Assembly: GCA_964403185.1 (NCBI GenBank)
Contig: CAYOFK010000006.1
Coordinates: 1-33,937 of the forward strand
Origin: an uncultured Rikenellaceae bacterium
Lineage (GTDB): Bacteria > Bacteroidota > Bacteroidia > Bacteroidales > VadinHA17
DNA: 33,937 bases
Direction: 5' to 3'
The translations under genes were made by a program, and so were the position numbers. The notes under the pieces were generated by a model. It saw nothing but the letters and a program-made list of their open reading frames with translations, searched no databases and was not told the origin of the DNA. This document shows, piece by piece, positions 1-8,443 of this stretch (its first letter is position 1; every line of letters starts with the position of its first letter).

Positions 1-84
1 CGTTTTGAGATTGGTGAAAAGTTAGAAAAACATCTTCAGTATATAACAACAAATGCAGCCACTTTTGAGACAGCCCCTGTTTAA
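1..84 (+). CDS. Possible 3' end of an upstream gene (partial; ...RFEIGEKLEKHLQYITTNAATFETAPV*)
   Basis: Frame 1 is open from base 1 to TAA at 82-84 and is co-oriented with the next gene. It is too short to identify. Confidence 0.4.
   Translation, partial: RFEIGEKLEKHLQYITTNAATFETAPV
63..76. repeat. TTTTGAGACAGCCC dispersed repeat copy
   Basis: 14/14 identical to 16737-16750; a variant, TTTTGAGACGCCTC, lies at 18007-18020. Confidence 0.65.
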
Positions 85-166
85 TGCAACAAAACGTTCA
101 TTACAGCCCGGGGGGGGTGACATGATAAATCAAAATGGATTATATTAGCAATGGATTTAATAATGA

Positions 167-1795
167 ATGACTGAAATTTACGATTACATAATAATTGGTT
201 CGGGCTTCGGCGGCAGTGTTTCTGCCTTGAGGCTGGCTGAAAAGGGCTATAAAGTGCTGGTTATTGAGCAGGGCAAACGGTACGGCCATTCAGATTTTCC
301 CAGGACCAACATGAATCTTTTTAAATATCTGTGGATGCCTTCCCTTAGAATGTTTGGCATACAGAAAATGTCGTTTTATAAAGATGCCAGTATCCTTACC
401 GGAGTGGGCGTAGGGGGAGGCAGCCTTGTGTATGCAAACACCCTGTTCAGGCCACCGGATGAATTTTTTGAAAACAATGCATGGTCGGCTTTCAGGGACT
501 GGAAAAAAGAACTTACTCCCTTTTACGAACTGGCTTCACGCATGCTGGGGAGGACAAAATATGACAAGCTTAATGCTGAAGATGAATATCTGAAACAGAC
601 CGCCAGGGATTTCGGGCGTGAAGAAAGCTTTAAAAGCGTTGATGTGGGAGTGTACCTTGGCGACACCGAAACAGAAGCTGACCCGTATTTCAGCGGACTG
701 GGGCCGCTGCGCAAAGGGTGTATTGAATGCGGGGGATGCATGACGGGCTGCAGGGAAGATGCAAAGAATTCACTGGATAAAAATTATCTTTATTTTGCCG
801 GAAAATACGGGGCTGAGATTATTCCTGAAACAAAAGCATACAGGATAAGCAGGCAGGGAGAGGAATATATTATTGAAACAAAACGGATAACAGGGTTTTT
901 CAGAAAAAGGAAAAACAGTTTCAGGACAAAAGGAATAATTATATCTGCAGGCACCCTGGGAAGTATGGAATTGTTGCTTAAGCAAAAGTATAAGTACGGC
1001 ACGCTTACACAGCTTTCCGGAAAACTCGGCCATGAGGTAAGGACAAATTCGGAAACACTTTGCGCAGTATCATCCGGCAGAGAAAAGCTTAACAACGGAC
1101 TGGCAATAAGCTCTGTATTCAATCCCGACGACAACACCCATATTGAGGTTGTTAAGTACGGTGACGGGTCGAATGCCATGAAAGCATTTTTCGGACTGTC
1201 AGTAAAAGGAGCGGAAAATTCATTTAAAAGGACCATGCTTTTGTTCCGGAAGACCCTTGCAAATCCGGAGAAATTCCTGAAAGTGCTTTTCAACTTCAAA
1301 TGGGCCACAGGCGCGGTTATATTTCTCGTGATGCAGGGTTATGACAATGCCATGAAGCTGGTGTGGAAAAAAGGCCTGGCCGGAGGCAGGATGAAAATTG
1401 ACAACAGCGGAAACCGTTCTGTGCCTGCATATATTGATATAGGCCAGAAGACAATGGAGCATTATGCAAAACTTTCAGGCACCATTCCCCAGAACATTTT
1501 GCTGGAGGTGCTGTTTAACAGGCCCACAACAGCACACATTCTGGGTGGATGCCCGATGGGAGATAGTAAGGAAACAGGTGTGATAGGCACGGATTTTAAA
1601 GTTTTCGGGATGCCTGACTTTTACATTGTGGATGGATCTGTGATCCAGGGAAATCCCGGAGTGAATCCGAGTCTTACAATCACTGCCCTGGCCGAATACG
1701 CAATGAGTCAGATCCCGGAAAAGAAGGGAAATACCAATAAAAGCCTGGACGAACAGATTCAAACCGTTTCGAGTTCAATTTCTATGGGACAATGA
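167..1795 (+). CDS. GMC-family FAD oxidoreductase, cholesterol oxidase (ChoD)-like
   Basis: N-terminal FAD motif IIGSGFGGSV, GVGGGSLVYA, CIECGGCMTGC, and C-terminal TAHILGG...VDGS...GVNPSLTITALAE typical of GMC oxidases. Confidence 0.88.
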   Translation: MTEIYDYIIIGSGFGGSVSALRLAEKGYKVLVIEQGKRYGHSDFPRTNMNLFKYLWMPSLRMFGIQKMSFYKDASILTGVGVGGGSLVYANTLFRPPDEFFENNAWSAFRDWKKELTPFYELASRMLGRTKYDKLNAEDEYLKQTARDFGREESFKSVDVGVYLGDTETEADPYFSGLGPLRKGCIECGGCMTGCREDAKNSLDKNYLYFAGKYGAEIIPETKAYRISRQGEEYIIETKRITGFFRKRKNSFRTKGIIISAGTLGSMELLLKQKYKYGTLTQLSGKLGHEVRTNSETLCAVSSGREKLNNGLAISSVFNPDDNTHIEVVKYGDGSNAMKAFFGLSVKGAENSFKRTMLLFRKTLANPEKFLKVLFNFKWATGAVIFLVMQGYDNAMKLVWKKGLAGGRMKIDNSGNRSVPAYIDIGQKTMEHYAKLSGTIPQNILLEVLFNRPTTAHILGGCPMGDSKETGVIGTDFKVFGMPDFYIVDGSVIQGNPGVNPSLTITALAEYAMSQIPEKKGNTNKSLDEQIQTVSSSISMGQ

Positions 1796-2529
1796 TCGGA
1801 ATGATTCACTTCAGGCAGGATTGCAGCGTTCTGAAGCCTGGATTCAACAGCGGTGCTTACCCAGAAATAGTCGATCCGCCATCCAAGATTTTTTAATCTT
1901 GATTGTGCCCGGTAACTCCACCAGGTGTATTGCCCTGGTTTTTGATTGAATTTTCTGAAAGAGTCAACAAAACCACTTTCTTCCCAACGGTCCATCCATG
2001 CACGTTCCCCGGGAAGAAATCCGGAAGATTTTTTATGCCGTTCGGGATGATTGATATCAATGGGTTTATGGCAGATATTGAAATCGCCGGTCACAATAAG
2101 GTTTGGACGATTTTCCTTCAGCCGGGAGATGAAGGGTAAAAAATCATTCAAAAATTTCATTTTAAATTCCTGCCGGACACCTCCCAGGGTTCCTGAGGGA
2201 ATGTAGACATTGATGAGGGTGGTATCGCCAAAATCCAGACGGATAAACCGGCCCTCCGAATCATAAGAGGCGATATTCATACCATATATTACATTGTCCG
2301 GCTGGATTTTCGAAAGAACAAGAACGCCACTGTAGCCTTTTTTTTCAGCAGAAAACCAATACTGGGAATAACCCAGGGATGTAAAATAATCATGGTCCAT
2401 CTGGATTTTGTGTGCTTTTGTTTCCTGGATGCATAATACATCGGGATTTGATTTTCTCATCCAACCGGTAAGGCCCTTATTCACAGCGGCCCTTATTCCA
2501 TTAACATTGTAGGATATAAATTTTATCAT
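1759..2529 (-). CDS. xth: Exodeoxyribonuclease III / AP endonuclease
   Basis: Motifs SYNVNGIRA, CIQETK, GYSGV, GDFN, YTWWSYR, GWRIDY, SDHCP. Start moved from 2754 to ATG 2529 (MIKFISYNVNG), which has a -7 box at 2553-2560. Confidence 0.95.
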   Translation of the reverse strand: MIKFISYNVNGIRAAVNKGLTGWMRKSNPDVLCIQETKAHKIQMDHDYFTSLGYSQYWFSAEKKGYSGVLVLSKIQPDNVIYGMNIASYDSEGRFIRLDFGDTTLINVYIPSGTLGGVRQEFKMKFLNDFLPFISRLKENRPNLIVTGDFNICHKPIDINHPERHKKSSGFLPGERAWMDRWEESGFVDSFRKFNQKPGQYTWWSYRAQSRLKNLGWRIDYFWVSTAVESRLQNAAILPEVNHSDHCPIEIELETV

Positions 2530-2552
2530 CTCCTGAGATCGGTGAAATTTCT

Positions 2553-2560
2553 CAAATATA
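2553..2560 (-). promoter_or_regulatory. Bacteroidota sigma-A -7 box (TATATTTG) for xth
   Basis: Exact TAnnTTTG match on the minus strand, 24 nt upstream of the xth ATG. Confidence 0.6.
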
Positions 2561-2602
2561 TTGATTTCTATTAATTTTAGGCCTGAAGTTAAACACAATC
2601 CA

Positions 2603-3562
2603 TTGGAATCAGCAGGCAGAAAAAAGCACAAAGAATACACCGGGATGGTCATCAAAACCACAGGGAGCTGGTATATTGTCAGGATCTCCGGGGGGAACCA
2701 TATCCAATGCAGGATTAAGGGAGGTTTCCGCCGGGAGGGGTCAAGGTCAACCAATCCGGCGGTTGTGGGCGATCAGGTTCGGTTTTTGTATGACGAAGAA
2801 CAGGATACGGGCATCATTAATTTTATTGAGGACCGGAAAAACCACATTGTAAGGAGAGCCACAAAACTTTCGAAACAATCCCAGGTTATTGCATCAAATA
2901 TTGACCAGGCGATCTTAATGGTCACCATGATTGCTCCGGAGACTTACCTGGAATTCATTGACAGATATCTGGTATCGGCTGAAGCATACCGCATTCCTGC
3001 TATGCTTGTTTTCAATAAAATGGATTTGTATGATGCCCGGTTCGTTGAGAAAATAAATCGTCTTCAATCCATATATTCCGGGTGTGGATACTCATGTTTT
3101 CAAATTTCTGCTGCCAGGGGCAGGATAGATCCGGAACTGATTGAAATGATGAAAGGCAGGATCAGTTTATTATCGGGGAATTCCGGTGTTGGCAAATCCA
3201 CTTTTATAAACAGCATAGACCCGTCACTTGAACTGGCCACCTCTGAGATTTCAGAATATCACCAATCAGGAAAGCATACAACCACCTTTGTGGAGATGCA
3301 TGAACTAAGCTTCGGAGGTTTTGTTATAGACACCCCCGGTATCAGGGGTTTTGGTCTTATTCACATGCAAAAGGATGAAATCTATCATTTTTTTCCTGAG
3401 ATTTTCAGGCATTCACACAACTGCAAATACTATAATTGTAAGCACATAAATGAACCCGGATGCGGGGTTATTAAGGCTGTTACAGAGGGGGGCATCAGCC
3501 GGTCAAGGTACATGAATTATGTGAATATGTATCTTGATGAAGATCAGAAGTATCGTATTTAG
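2603..3562 (+). CDS. rsgA: Ribosome small subunit-dependent GTPase A
   Basis: N-terminal OB fold (VIKTTGSWY), circularly permuted GTPase (NKMD, GNSGVGKS, GKHTTT, DTPG) and Zn finger (CKYYNCKHINEPGC). Start uncertain: TTG 2603, ATG 2645 or TTG 2561. Confidence 0.95.
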   Translation: MESAGRKKHKEYTGMVIKTTGSWYIVRISGGNHIQCRIKGGFRREGSRSTNPAVVGDQVRFLYDEEQDTGIINFIEDRKNHIVRRATKLSKQSQVIASNIDQAILMVTMIAPETYLEFIDRYLVSAEAYRIPAMLVFNKMDLYDARFVEKINRLQSIYSGCGYSCFQISAARGRIDPELIEMMKGRISLLSGNSGVGKSTFINSIDPSLELATSEISEYHQSGKHTTTFVEMHELSFGGFVIDTPGIRGFGLIHMQKDEIYHFFPEIFRHSHNCKYYNCKHINEPGCGVIKAVTEGGISRSRYMNYVNMYLDEDQKYRI

Positions 3563-3597
3563 TAAGTTTTTCGTTGGTGTTTTATTGATTACTTGCT

Positions 3598-3605
3598 TAT
3601 TTTTG
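3598..3605 (+). promoter_or_regulatory. Bacteroidota -7 box (TATTTTTG) for the hybrid kinase
   Basis: Exact TAnnTTTG match about 55 nt upstream of ATG 3660. Confidence 0.5.
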
Positions 3606-3659
3606 AAATGGGAACGGTTGAATATAATTGTTTATTGAATATCTCCTCTTGAAGCAGCT

Positions 3660-6491
3660 ATGAAAAAAATTTACCTGCTCATATCTCTGGTCATTCTGTT
3701 GATCATTGCTGCCAATATATATTATTATCTGAACATTTATCAGAAGCAGGTTAGCTTTCAGAAAAGTTTCCTTTCAAAACAAACCCAGATTGCGGGCTAT
3801 GATATGGAGCGTTACGGCAGTCAGTTTGTCAGTGATTTGAATTACATTCCTTTTTCGGAGGATGTAACCAGGTTTTTCTTTGATGAAGAAACCATGGTGT
3901 CTGTTTCAAACAAGCTGGAGTTCTTTTATTCCAAATTTGAAGATCTGGTCACGAGCATCAACCTTTACGATAATGATAAACATGTGTATTCCCTTTTCAA
4001 AGACCGCAGGAACAAGTACATATCTGATGAATACACTTCCCATTCCCAAAAAGAACTTCTTAATCGCGACCAGATCCGGTATGTAAACCAGGAATACCTT
4101 TATTATTTGCCTGTTTTTAAAGACAATGTTGTTACAGGAAACCTGGTAGTGTCCATCGATTATATTAAATACATTGAATCCGTATTTGAGGATTCTTACC
4201 TGGATTCCATTCAGTGGCAATGGCTCATTGACCTCGACGGGAATGTACTGTATCATAATCTTGGCACCAACGAGGTTAAATTTGGGAGAGTTCAGGACAT
4301 AACCGCTGAGATACAGGAGGGATATCAGAATGCCATGCAGCATTATGCCATTGTAGATGGCCGGGAACAGGAACTTATTTCGGCCTATTATCCGGTTTTT
4401 CTTCTGAGGCGTAATTTCGGTATTGTTTTTTCCCTGCCATCGGAAGTCATCCTGAAGACCATCATCAACAATGCCATAATGATCTCCATTTTCACGGTTT
4501 TATTGCTTGCCCTGATCATAGGATTGTTCATTATGTATATCAAGGCACAAAAAAAGGAATGGGAGAACCTCAAGGAATCTGAAGTGGCCCTGAACAGAAT
4601 CATAGAGACACTGCCTATCGGGGTGATCATTGTTGATGAAAGACAGAACATCAGGAAGGTAAACAGGTCTGCACAGGCTCTGTTTAAAGATGAACATGAA
4701 ATCAAGGAAGGTTATAAACTTGACGACTGGTTCTTCAGGAAATCCCGGTCCGATCACTCCGGGGAATCCGGAACGGATTATCTCAATGATGTGCTTTCAT
4801 TCAGAAGGAATAACAAGGAATATTCTTTGCTCAGAAGAGAAATTCCTCTCGTAAGCAAGGGAGAAAAATTGTTCCTTGAAGCACTTGTGGATATTACGGA
4901 TATTGAGAAAGCCAGGAGACAAAAGGCCATTGCAGTGAAAACCAAATCTGAATTCCTGGCCAATATGAGCCACGAAATACGGACACCGCTGAACGGGATC
5001 ATTGGTCTTACTGAAAACCTCGATAAAAAAAATCTGACTCCAAAACAAACAGAGTTTATTTCAAGCATTAAAAAATCTGCCGAATTGCTTTTGTCCATTG
5101 TTGATGACATATTGACATTTTCCAAGATTGAGGCAGGAGAAATGTTCCTTGAGGAGATTCCCTTTAAACTCCGGGAAGAGCTGAAACATGCCACCAAACT
5201 TATAGCGCCGAAGGCCAGGGAGAAAAAGCTGGAATTCAACCTCATGATTGCTGACAATGTGCCGGACAAACTTATTGGAGATCCGTTTAAAATACGTCAG
5301 ATCATCAGCCATCTGGGAAACAATGCCATTAAGTTTACCAGTAAGGGAACCATTAACATTAAAGTGAATTTGCTGGAAAGTAAAACCGGCAGAATTGTTC
5401 TGGAGTTTATTATTGAAGACACGGGGATTGGCATTCCACGTGAAAAGCTTACGACTATTTTTGATTCCTTCACGCAATTTGATCCTTCAAATTCCCGGAG
5501 ATTTGGAGGGACCGGACTTGGCACCACCCTGTCCAGGGAAATGGTTGAATTGTTGAACGGGGAAGTTAAAGCCGAGAGCCCGTCGGGCATTTCTTCAGAT
5601 ATTAATTTCCCGGGTTCCAGATTTACTTTTACAATTGAAGTCTATTCAGATGAACGCATTGAAAAAAAGATACCTTCCGATAAAATAACAAGTTATGCCC
5701 ATATAAACGCCCTGATCATAAAAGACAATCATCATAAAGGGCAGAATCTCAGTGATGTTTTTAATAATTTCGGCATCAATGCAAAAGTAAATTTCTTCCA
5801 GGAAAAAACCATCAATCTTATAGAATCCAATCTGGAAAACGGGAAGGAGCGGTTTCACCTTTTAGTACTCAGGGATTCACAGACCTTTAACGCTCTTGAT
5901 CTGGCTGAAAAGTTATATGAGAAAAAACTTACCGAGAATTTTTTCATCATTATTACCAGCATCAACGACCGTAAAGGCAATTATGTCAGAAGCAAGAAAC
6001 TGGGAGTTGATTATTATCTGATTGAACCATGCGATAATTCCGAACTGTTCAATATTATACAGGACAACTTCAACAATATTAAATTAAGCTTAACGAAAGG
6101 CCCGCAGCTTTCAAAACTCAGAAAAGACATCGAAATACTTGTTGCAGAGGACAACCTCATTAACCAGAAAGTGGCTCAAACATTGTTTAAGAATCTGGGA
6201 TATGAAATTGAAATTGCAGAAAATGGGACCTGCGTGCTGGAAATGATACCCCAAAAGGATTACGACATTATTTTCATGGACGTAATGATGCCGGAAATGG
6301 ATGGCTGGGAAGCCACAAGGGCCATTCGTGGTCTTGGCAAAAAAATGCCAATAGTTGCAATTACTGCTGATGTCAGCGACGAGGCCAGGCAAAAAGCCAT
6401 GGATGAGGGCATGAATGATTACATACCCAAGCCGGTGAAAATTGATGAGATCAAGAGGGTTCTTCTTCGCTGGTTTTCCGAAACATCTTAG
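3660..6491 (+). CDS. Hybrid sensor histidine kinase/response regulator (TM, extracytoplasmic Cache-like, TM, PAS-like, HisKA, HATPase, pseudo-REC, REC)
   Basis: FLANMSHEIRTPLNGIIG H-box, GNNAIKFT, DTGIG, GGTGLG, and a C-terminal receiver VAEDN...IFMDVMMPEMDG...KP. Confidence 0.93.
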   Translation: MKKIYLLISLVILLIIAANIYYYLNIYQKQVSFQKSFLSKQTQIAGYDMERYGSQFVSDLNYIPFSEDVTRFFFDEETMVSVSNKLEFFYSKFEDLVTSINLYDNDKHVYSLFKDRRNKYISDEYTSHSQKELLNRDQIRYVNQEYLYYLPVFKDNVVTGNLVVSIDYIKYIESVFEDSYLDSIQWQWLIDLDGNVLYHNLGTNEVKFGRVQDITAEIQEGYQNAMQHYAIVDGREQELISAYYPVFLLRRNFGIVFSLPSEVILKTIINNAIMISIFTVLLLALIIGLFIMYIKAQKKEWENLKESEVALNRIIETLPIGVIIVDERQNIRKVNRSAQALFKDEHEIKEGYKLDDWFFRKSRSDHSGESGTDYLNDVLSFRRNNKEYSLLRREIPLVSKGEKLFLEALVDITDIEKARRQKAIAVKTKSEFLANMSHEIRTPLNGIIGLTENLDKKNLTPKQTEFISSIKKSAELLLSIVDDILTFSKIEAGEMFLEEIPFKLREELKHATKLIAPKAREKKLEFNLMIADNVPDKLIGDPFKIRQIISHLGNNAIKFTSKGTINIKVNLLESKTGRIVLEFIIEDTGIGIPREKLTTIFDSFTQFDPSNSRRFGGTGLGTTLSREMVELLNGEVKAESPSGISSDINFPGSRFTFTIEVYSDERIEKKIPSDKITSYAHINALIIKDNHHKGQNLSDVFNNFGINAKVNFFQEKTINLIESNLENGKERFHLLVLRDSQTFNALDLAEKLYEKKLTENFFIIITSINDRKGNYVRSKKLGVDYYLIEPCDNSELFNIIQDNFNNIKLSLTKGPQLSKLRKDIEILVAEDNLINQKVAQTLFKNLGYEIEIAENGTCVLEMIPQKDYDIIFMDVMMPEMDGWEATRAIRGLGKKMPIVAITADVSDEARQKAMDEGMNDYIPKPVKIDEIKRVLLRWFSETS

Positions 6492-6564
6492 TTGACATGG
6501 ATTCGCTTTCGGTTCCAGGAGCATTCATGGAATATTAAATATACGGGACAAAGATGTTTGTTTC

Positions 6565-7614
6565 ATGAGATTCAAGGAGATTATTACAGCTGAAATGTTT
6601 TTCAGCAACCGGACGAACATTCCGGTTATTGATGTTCGCTCCCCCAAAGAGTATGGACATGGCCATATCTGTGGAGCGGTAAATCTTCCTCTGTTTGATG
6701 ATGATGAACGGGCTGAAGTCGGAACCCTTTTCAAACAGGAAGGTCCCGATGCTGCACTTCTCAAGGGACTTGACATTGCCGGAACCAAAATGCGTTATTT
6801 TGTGGAGGAGTCCAAAAAAATTGCCCCGGCGGGAAACATAATCTTACACTGTTGGAGGGGTGGCAAAAGAAGCGCATCAATGGCCTGGCTTTTCCAAACA
6901 GCCGGAATGCAATGTGCAGTTATAGAAGGCGGTTACAAGGCCTGCCGGAGGTACATGAAGCAACAGATCAACAAGCCGGCTTCACTGGTGTTACTGGGCG
7001 GTATGACCGGTTCCGGAAAAACAGAAATACTGCATCATATTGAAAAAATGGGAGAACAGGTAGTGGATCTTGAGGCCCTGGCCAGGCACAAAGGCTCTGC
7101 ATTTGGGGGGATAGGCCAGGCAGAACAGCCAACAACGGAGCAATTTGAGAACAACCTGTTTGAGAAATGGAACGTTCTTGATAAAAAAAGGATCATCTGG
7201 ATTGAAGATGAAAGCAAGGCTATCGGACAAGTTACAATCCCCGACGAACTTTTTTTGATAATGAGGCAAAGTCCGGTTCTTGAACTCATCATGGATAAAA
7301 AATCCAGAGCGGAACGGATTGCACGGGATTATGCCAGACTGGACCCCGAGGAACTGGTAAAAGCGGTGCATCGCATTGAAAAACGGCTGGGAGGTCTCAA
7401 TGTAAAAAAAAGCATTCAAGCGATTTACAATAAGGACTTTAAAACGGCCATCCATCTTATTTTACCTTATTACGATAAAAGCTATAATGCCGGCCTGGGA
7501 TACAGGAATTCCAACAGCCGCCACAAGGTGGAACTTGATAAAGACCAACCGCCTGACAATGCAAAAAAAGTAATAAAACTTGCAGGGGAGCTACAGCTTT
7601 TCTCTCAGGTATAA
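6565..7614 (+). CDS. mnmH: tRNA 2-selenouridine(34) synthase
   Basis: Rhodanese domain (IDVRSPKEY, CWRGGKRS) plus P-loop (GGMTGSGKT), with DLEALARHKGSAFG, EDES and YYD motifs. Confidence 0.93.
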   Translation: MRFKEIITAEMFFSNRTNIPVIDVRSPKEYGHGHICGAVNLPLFDDDERAEVGTLFKQEGPDAALLKGLDIAGTKMRYFVEESKKIAPAGNIILHCWRGGKRSASMAWLFQTAGMQCAVIEGGYKACRRYMKQQINKPASLVLLGGMTGSGKTEILHHIEKMGEQVVDLEALARHKGSAFGGIGQAEQPTTEQFENNLFEKWNVLDKKRIIWIEDESKAIGQVTIPDELFLIMRQSPVLELIMDKKSRAERIARDYARLDPEELVKAVHRIEKRLGGLNVKKSIQAIYNKDFKTAIHLILPYYDKSYNAGLGYRNSNSRHKVELDKDQPPDNAKKVIKLAGELQLFSQV

Positions 7615-7669
7615 AGATGTTTTACAAGCCGGATTCTAAATTGCACAATGGCATTTCGGCTAAATTCTT

Positions 7670-7677
7670 TACATTTG
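7670..7677 (+). promoter_or_regulatory. Bacteroidota -7 box (TACATTTG)
   Basis: Exact TAnnTTTG match 30 nt upstream of ATG 7708. Confidence 0.55.
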
Positions 7678-7707
7678 TATATTAATAAATACCTTCATTA
7701 GTTATTC

Positions 7708-8418
7708 ATGGAAATGAAAAAAAACATCGAAACCTTCGGGTATATCACCAAAGTAGAACGACTCCACACCCTTACTTCAAATGTTCGGGAAGGCACATTT
7801 GTTCTTGAAAACTTTGAACCTTTTCCGGGATATCACGGATCCAACCTGCCCACAGGCTATGATCCACACTACATTTTTTTGATGACCAAAAAAGAATATT
7901 CCTATGAAATGATAAGCCGGATATCAATGAACATCCGCAGGAACAGCGGGCTGTCATTTGGAGCACGTCCGGCCGAACTGTTTATTTTTAATAAAAAATA
8001 TCATGCCATACGGATCAAGGAACTGAAAAGTTTTGAGCTCATACCCGAACTTCAGGATTGGTACCTGAATGAGGGTGTTTACTTTATGAAAAACAGAAAA
8101 TTCAACAATGACGGAGTTATTAATGTCATGAAACATTTTCAGCTGGATGAATTTGAGGAAGGCATTTATAAGGACCTTGGAAATCCACTGATGAATTATC
8201 TCCAGGTACCCGTTCGCCTGTCGTGGAAAGTATTTGAAAAAATGACTGTTTATATCAAGAACAATCTTGAGAACAGCAATTTTGATGCGGCTATGGGGGT
8301 TATATATTTAAAGGATGTTATGGACGTTGTGCGTATTTTTGAAAAGGGAATGAATGTTGGCTTTCTGAAACAAATTCGCGGAATGTATCTTGAGGAGATC
8401 CGTAAATTAAGTTTGTAA
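7708..8418 (+). CDS. Hypothetical cytoplasmic protein with an apparent internal duplication
   Basis: 236-aa ORF that fills the gap and has its own -7 box. No family recognised; two similar halves at about 107-aa offset. Confidence 0.85.
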   Translation: MEMKKNIETFGYITKVERLHTLTSNVREGTFVLENFEPFPGYHGSNLPTGYDPHYIFLMTKKEYSYEMISRISMNIRRNSGLSFGARPAELFIFNKKYHAIRIKELKSFELIPELQDWYLNEGVYFMKNRKFNNDGVINVMKHFQLDEFEEGIYKDLGNPLMNYLQVPVRLSWKVFEKMTVYIKNNLENSNFDAAMGVIYLKDVMDVVRIFEKGMNVGFLKQIRGMYLEEIRKLSL

Positions 8419-8443
8419 CACCCCCCCGATCCGTAACCACACC

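Noticed and set aside
85-111. TGCAACAAAA as a third ECF promoter
   Set aside because: One mismatch in the -35 and no CGTC at 17-nt spacing (CCGG).
2530-2754. 75-aa N-terminal extension of xth in the ORF track
   Set aside because: It overlaps rsgA on the opposite strand. The family motif starts at MIKFISYNVNG, and a -7 box supports ATG 2529.
8421-8427. C7 tract
   Set aside because: Lies between two convergent stop codons, so slippage would have no obvious effect.
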